From Reclinomonas americana ATCC 50394 (lineage: Eukaryota), in NCBI GenBank assembly GCA_048213135.1, contig PS015106.1:151117-204495 (forward strand): DNA of 53,379 nucleotides. The letters run 5' to 3'. Under the pieces are notes generated by a model. The model was not told the DNA's origin and made no database searches. It was given only the letters and a program-made list of their open reading frames with translations. Positions 51,011 to 53,379 of this stretch are shown piece by piece. Every line of letters begins with the position of its first letter. Position 1 is the first letter of the stretch. The translations under genes were made by a program, and so were the position numbers.

Positions 51011-53365
51011 TTACATAAAGTCTGTGTGTGGCAAGCAATCTGTGAGCACGAATCGCAGCACGGAACACGACGCAGCGTGCATCAAACAAACCATCGGGAT
51101 CCCAGTCTGCATAAGCAAGCATACACAAGGCGCAGAGTGAGACATCGAGTGACTGATATGTCTATCACAGACTCTCTGTCTTCCTTTCTCAAGAAAACGA
51201 TAAGAATGTTGCCCCCGTATAGTGCCAAGTATCCACGATAGAGCACATCATTGGCTTGGTATGGAGTGAATAAGAGCAGATCATTCTTGGCCATCTAGGT
51301 CGCTGATAACCGCACTAACGAACGGCTGCCAGCTGATGAGAGGCCTCAACAGGGGGGAGAGAGAGAGACAGGGGGGGAAAGAAGGTGGGTTCTTGTTCAC
51401 ACCGTATCTCTTCTTCTCATTTCCTCACTCATGCACAACCTCTTTCTCCTCCTACTCACTTCAGCCAAAGGAGGTGGCCTCTTGCTCACACGATATCTCT
51501 TCATCTGTTTTCCTCTCTCATGTACATCCTCCTTCTCATTTCATCCTATTCTTCTGTTTCACAGAAGGGAGAAAGTGAGACAGGAGGTGGTCTCTTGTTC
51601 ACACAATATCTCCTCTTCTCCTTTCCTCTCTCATGCACATCCTCTTTCTCCTTCTTACCACCAGCCGATCCCCTTCCTGTTCTTCCCAATATCTCTTCTT
51701 CTCTTTCCCTTGTATCACTCTCTTTCTCCTCCTCTTCACTTCATCCTATTCCTCTGTATCACTCACCGTCGTCCTCCTCCTTGCCCGTAATCTCCAGATA
51801 CTCATTCAACTCCGTCAGGTCAATGGCATAGCGCAGAATACCACCAATGCCACCAAAGCCGCGCACAAACTGCGAGCCCTCCTGGCTGAGGTTGGTGACG
51901 AATTCGAGATGGCAACCGAACGTCTTGTATGCGATCGTCAGCCAGTCGGTCATTGGGTCCGAGTCGACGACCTCCAGGTGGGAACCTGCAGCACGAATAT
52001 TTTTTAGCCCCGACATTTTCTCTTCTCCAACACACAACACAAAACAAGTGACAACTCACCAGTCTCCGGGTCCACAAAGTGGCTCTCGTCCTTGGCCTGC
52101 TCGGGGGTGAGGAACTTGAACATTTCATCTGCAAGCGCAATTTAACAATCAGCATCGCGACATCACAACATCTCGTGACTCTCCCTCCTCTCACTAACCA
52201 CCACTGGCAGTGTTGCGCATGACATAGCGCGTGCACTCGAGGTTTTCCCACACAATCAGCGTCTCCACGGCGCCGAGTTCGAGTGCCTTGAGTGTGTCGG
52301 ATACACCAAACACGAACTTGTTCGTGTCTGCAGCACTATCCAGTCAGCAAGCGCACATTTCGCAAGACACAAGACACACGGCGCTTCGCTCAATCAAGAC
52401 CTTGGTGAATCTGCTCGAAGAAGTGATTGATCAACTTCTTCTCCTGCACAAACTTGACCGAGGACAATGATTCGGCAGCCAACTCAATGGCCTGGTTGAA
52501 GCCAGCCTCGCCACCGTACGCCACATCGACACTGCAAATGACCTTGCAGGCCAGGCGCGGATCAAACATGTCCGAGCCGCCCAATTCTGTCTTGAAGTCG
52601 GCCGAACCAGCCAACACCAGTCCCGACACATTCGCTCGGTCGTTGGCGATGAAGAGTTGCGTGGCACACTCGGCCACCTTGCGCAAGTAGTTGTGGCGCT
52701 TCTCCAGACGCAGACGGGCGAAACGCACGGCTGACTGACCACCACGACCGTGTTTCTGCAAATCGAACGAGTGATGAATTCACCTGCAAAGTAAATGGCG
52801 AGCGCGCGCGCGCGCGCACACACTCAGACCTTGGGCAGGTCGACGAGGAACTTGTGAATGACCTCGCGCGAGTTGCCACGCAGTGTACCAAACAGGCAGC
52901 CATTACCGTCCATCACTGCAGTAATCGATTGATCAGCAAGGACACGCATCCACCCCGGCTCTTGTGCACACAGCAACCCACCGATGAAGCCGAACGCCTG
53001 GTCGTCCACCAGCAGCTCCGACAGTGGCTCCGTGTGGAAGCGGTTGTCGCACAGGTACAGCGATGTGTTGATGGGCTTGAATGGTTCAAAGTCATACGTG
53101 ACCTTCTTCTCCTTGCCATCCTCGGTCAGCACCGTGCCGCAGTAGATCACCAAGCCGTTCGGCGGTGTCTGCTCGCCACCTTGGTGAGAGTGCTGCGCGA
53201 GGGCCAGTGCTCTAACAGCCATGCATGCACACAAACCTTGTTGTAGAGCTTCAGACGCTGCATCACAGATGTGATGGCATCGAGCACCGACTGACGATTC
53301 ACACGACTCTTGATGTTGGTGGCCGTGCCCTGCTCTTCGGAAAGCATCTTGTTTGCACGCGAGAT
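51011..53365 (-). CDS. ETF1: Eukaryotic release factor 1 (5' partial)
   Basis: [34 protein letters not shown]. The C-terminus EEDD-DWDPD-DFM-TAA is made by a 15 nt exon (51106-51092) and a terminal exon (51021-51011). Confidence 0.95.
51140..51333 (-). ncRNA. Structured intronic RNA element in the 660 nt eRF1 intron
   Basis: Four consecutive hairpins on the sense strand, two capped by GNRA loops (GAGA 51190-51187, GACA 51162-51159). Confidence 0.55.
51380..51700. repeat. 3-4 degenerate ~90-110 bp tandem repeats in the eRF1 long intron
   Basis: Recurring GGTGG..TCTTG.TCACAC..TATCTC..C.TCT..TTTCCTC.CTCATG.ACA.CCTC near 51383, 51473, 51586, partial near 51677. Confidence 0.75.
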
Positions 53366-53379
53366 CTGCCAGCACACAC

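Noticed and set aside
51225-51260. SECIS-like ATGA..GA in the eRF1 intron
   Set aside because: The spacer is too short for helix II, there is no apical AA, and no Sec-type TGA was found.
51333-51350. CTGATGAG hammerhead-like core on the + strand
   Set aside because: No GAAA after stem II and no stem I/III.

Overview
Gene-dense, GC-rich eukaryotic (protist-like) scaffold with several N gaps. It holds about 17 protein genes split by many ~55-90 nt spliceosomal introns. In order: a secreted acidic protein, a RING/TRAF-Zn protein, a G-alpha, a Rab8/Rab1-like GTPase, diacylglycerol kinase, a long coiled-coil protein, SENP8/NEDP1, a USP10-like DUB, a hypothetical gene, an FkbM-type methyltransferase, TMEM260, a second secreted acidic protein, a 14 kb NHL/IPT/FN3-like surface receptor, a WD40-coiled-coil-Pelle/IRAK kinase, a NimA-like flavin-binding protein, a degenerate PEPCK-like protein and eRF1 (5' partial). 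Most notable: (1) A major second class of 5' splice sites, |GTTGCG (20 placed by hand, 17 lacking G at -1), looks like the normal G|GTGCG site shifted by one base. (2) The eRF1 3' end has features of a self-regulatory circuit: a 3'UTR intron 138 nt after the stop inside an open read-through frame, and a 660 nt intron carrying a stop-containing cassette exon and a GNRA-capped structured RNA. (3) Two intergenic, G-U-rich structured RNA candidates. All gene models and folds were derived by eye, with no database searches or folding software.
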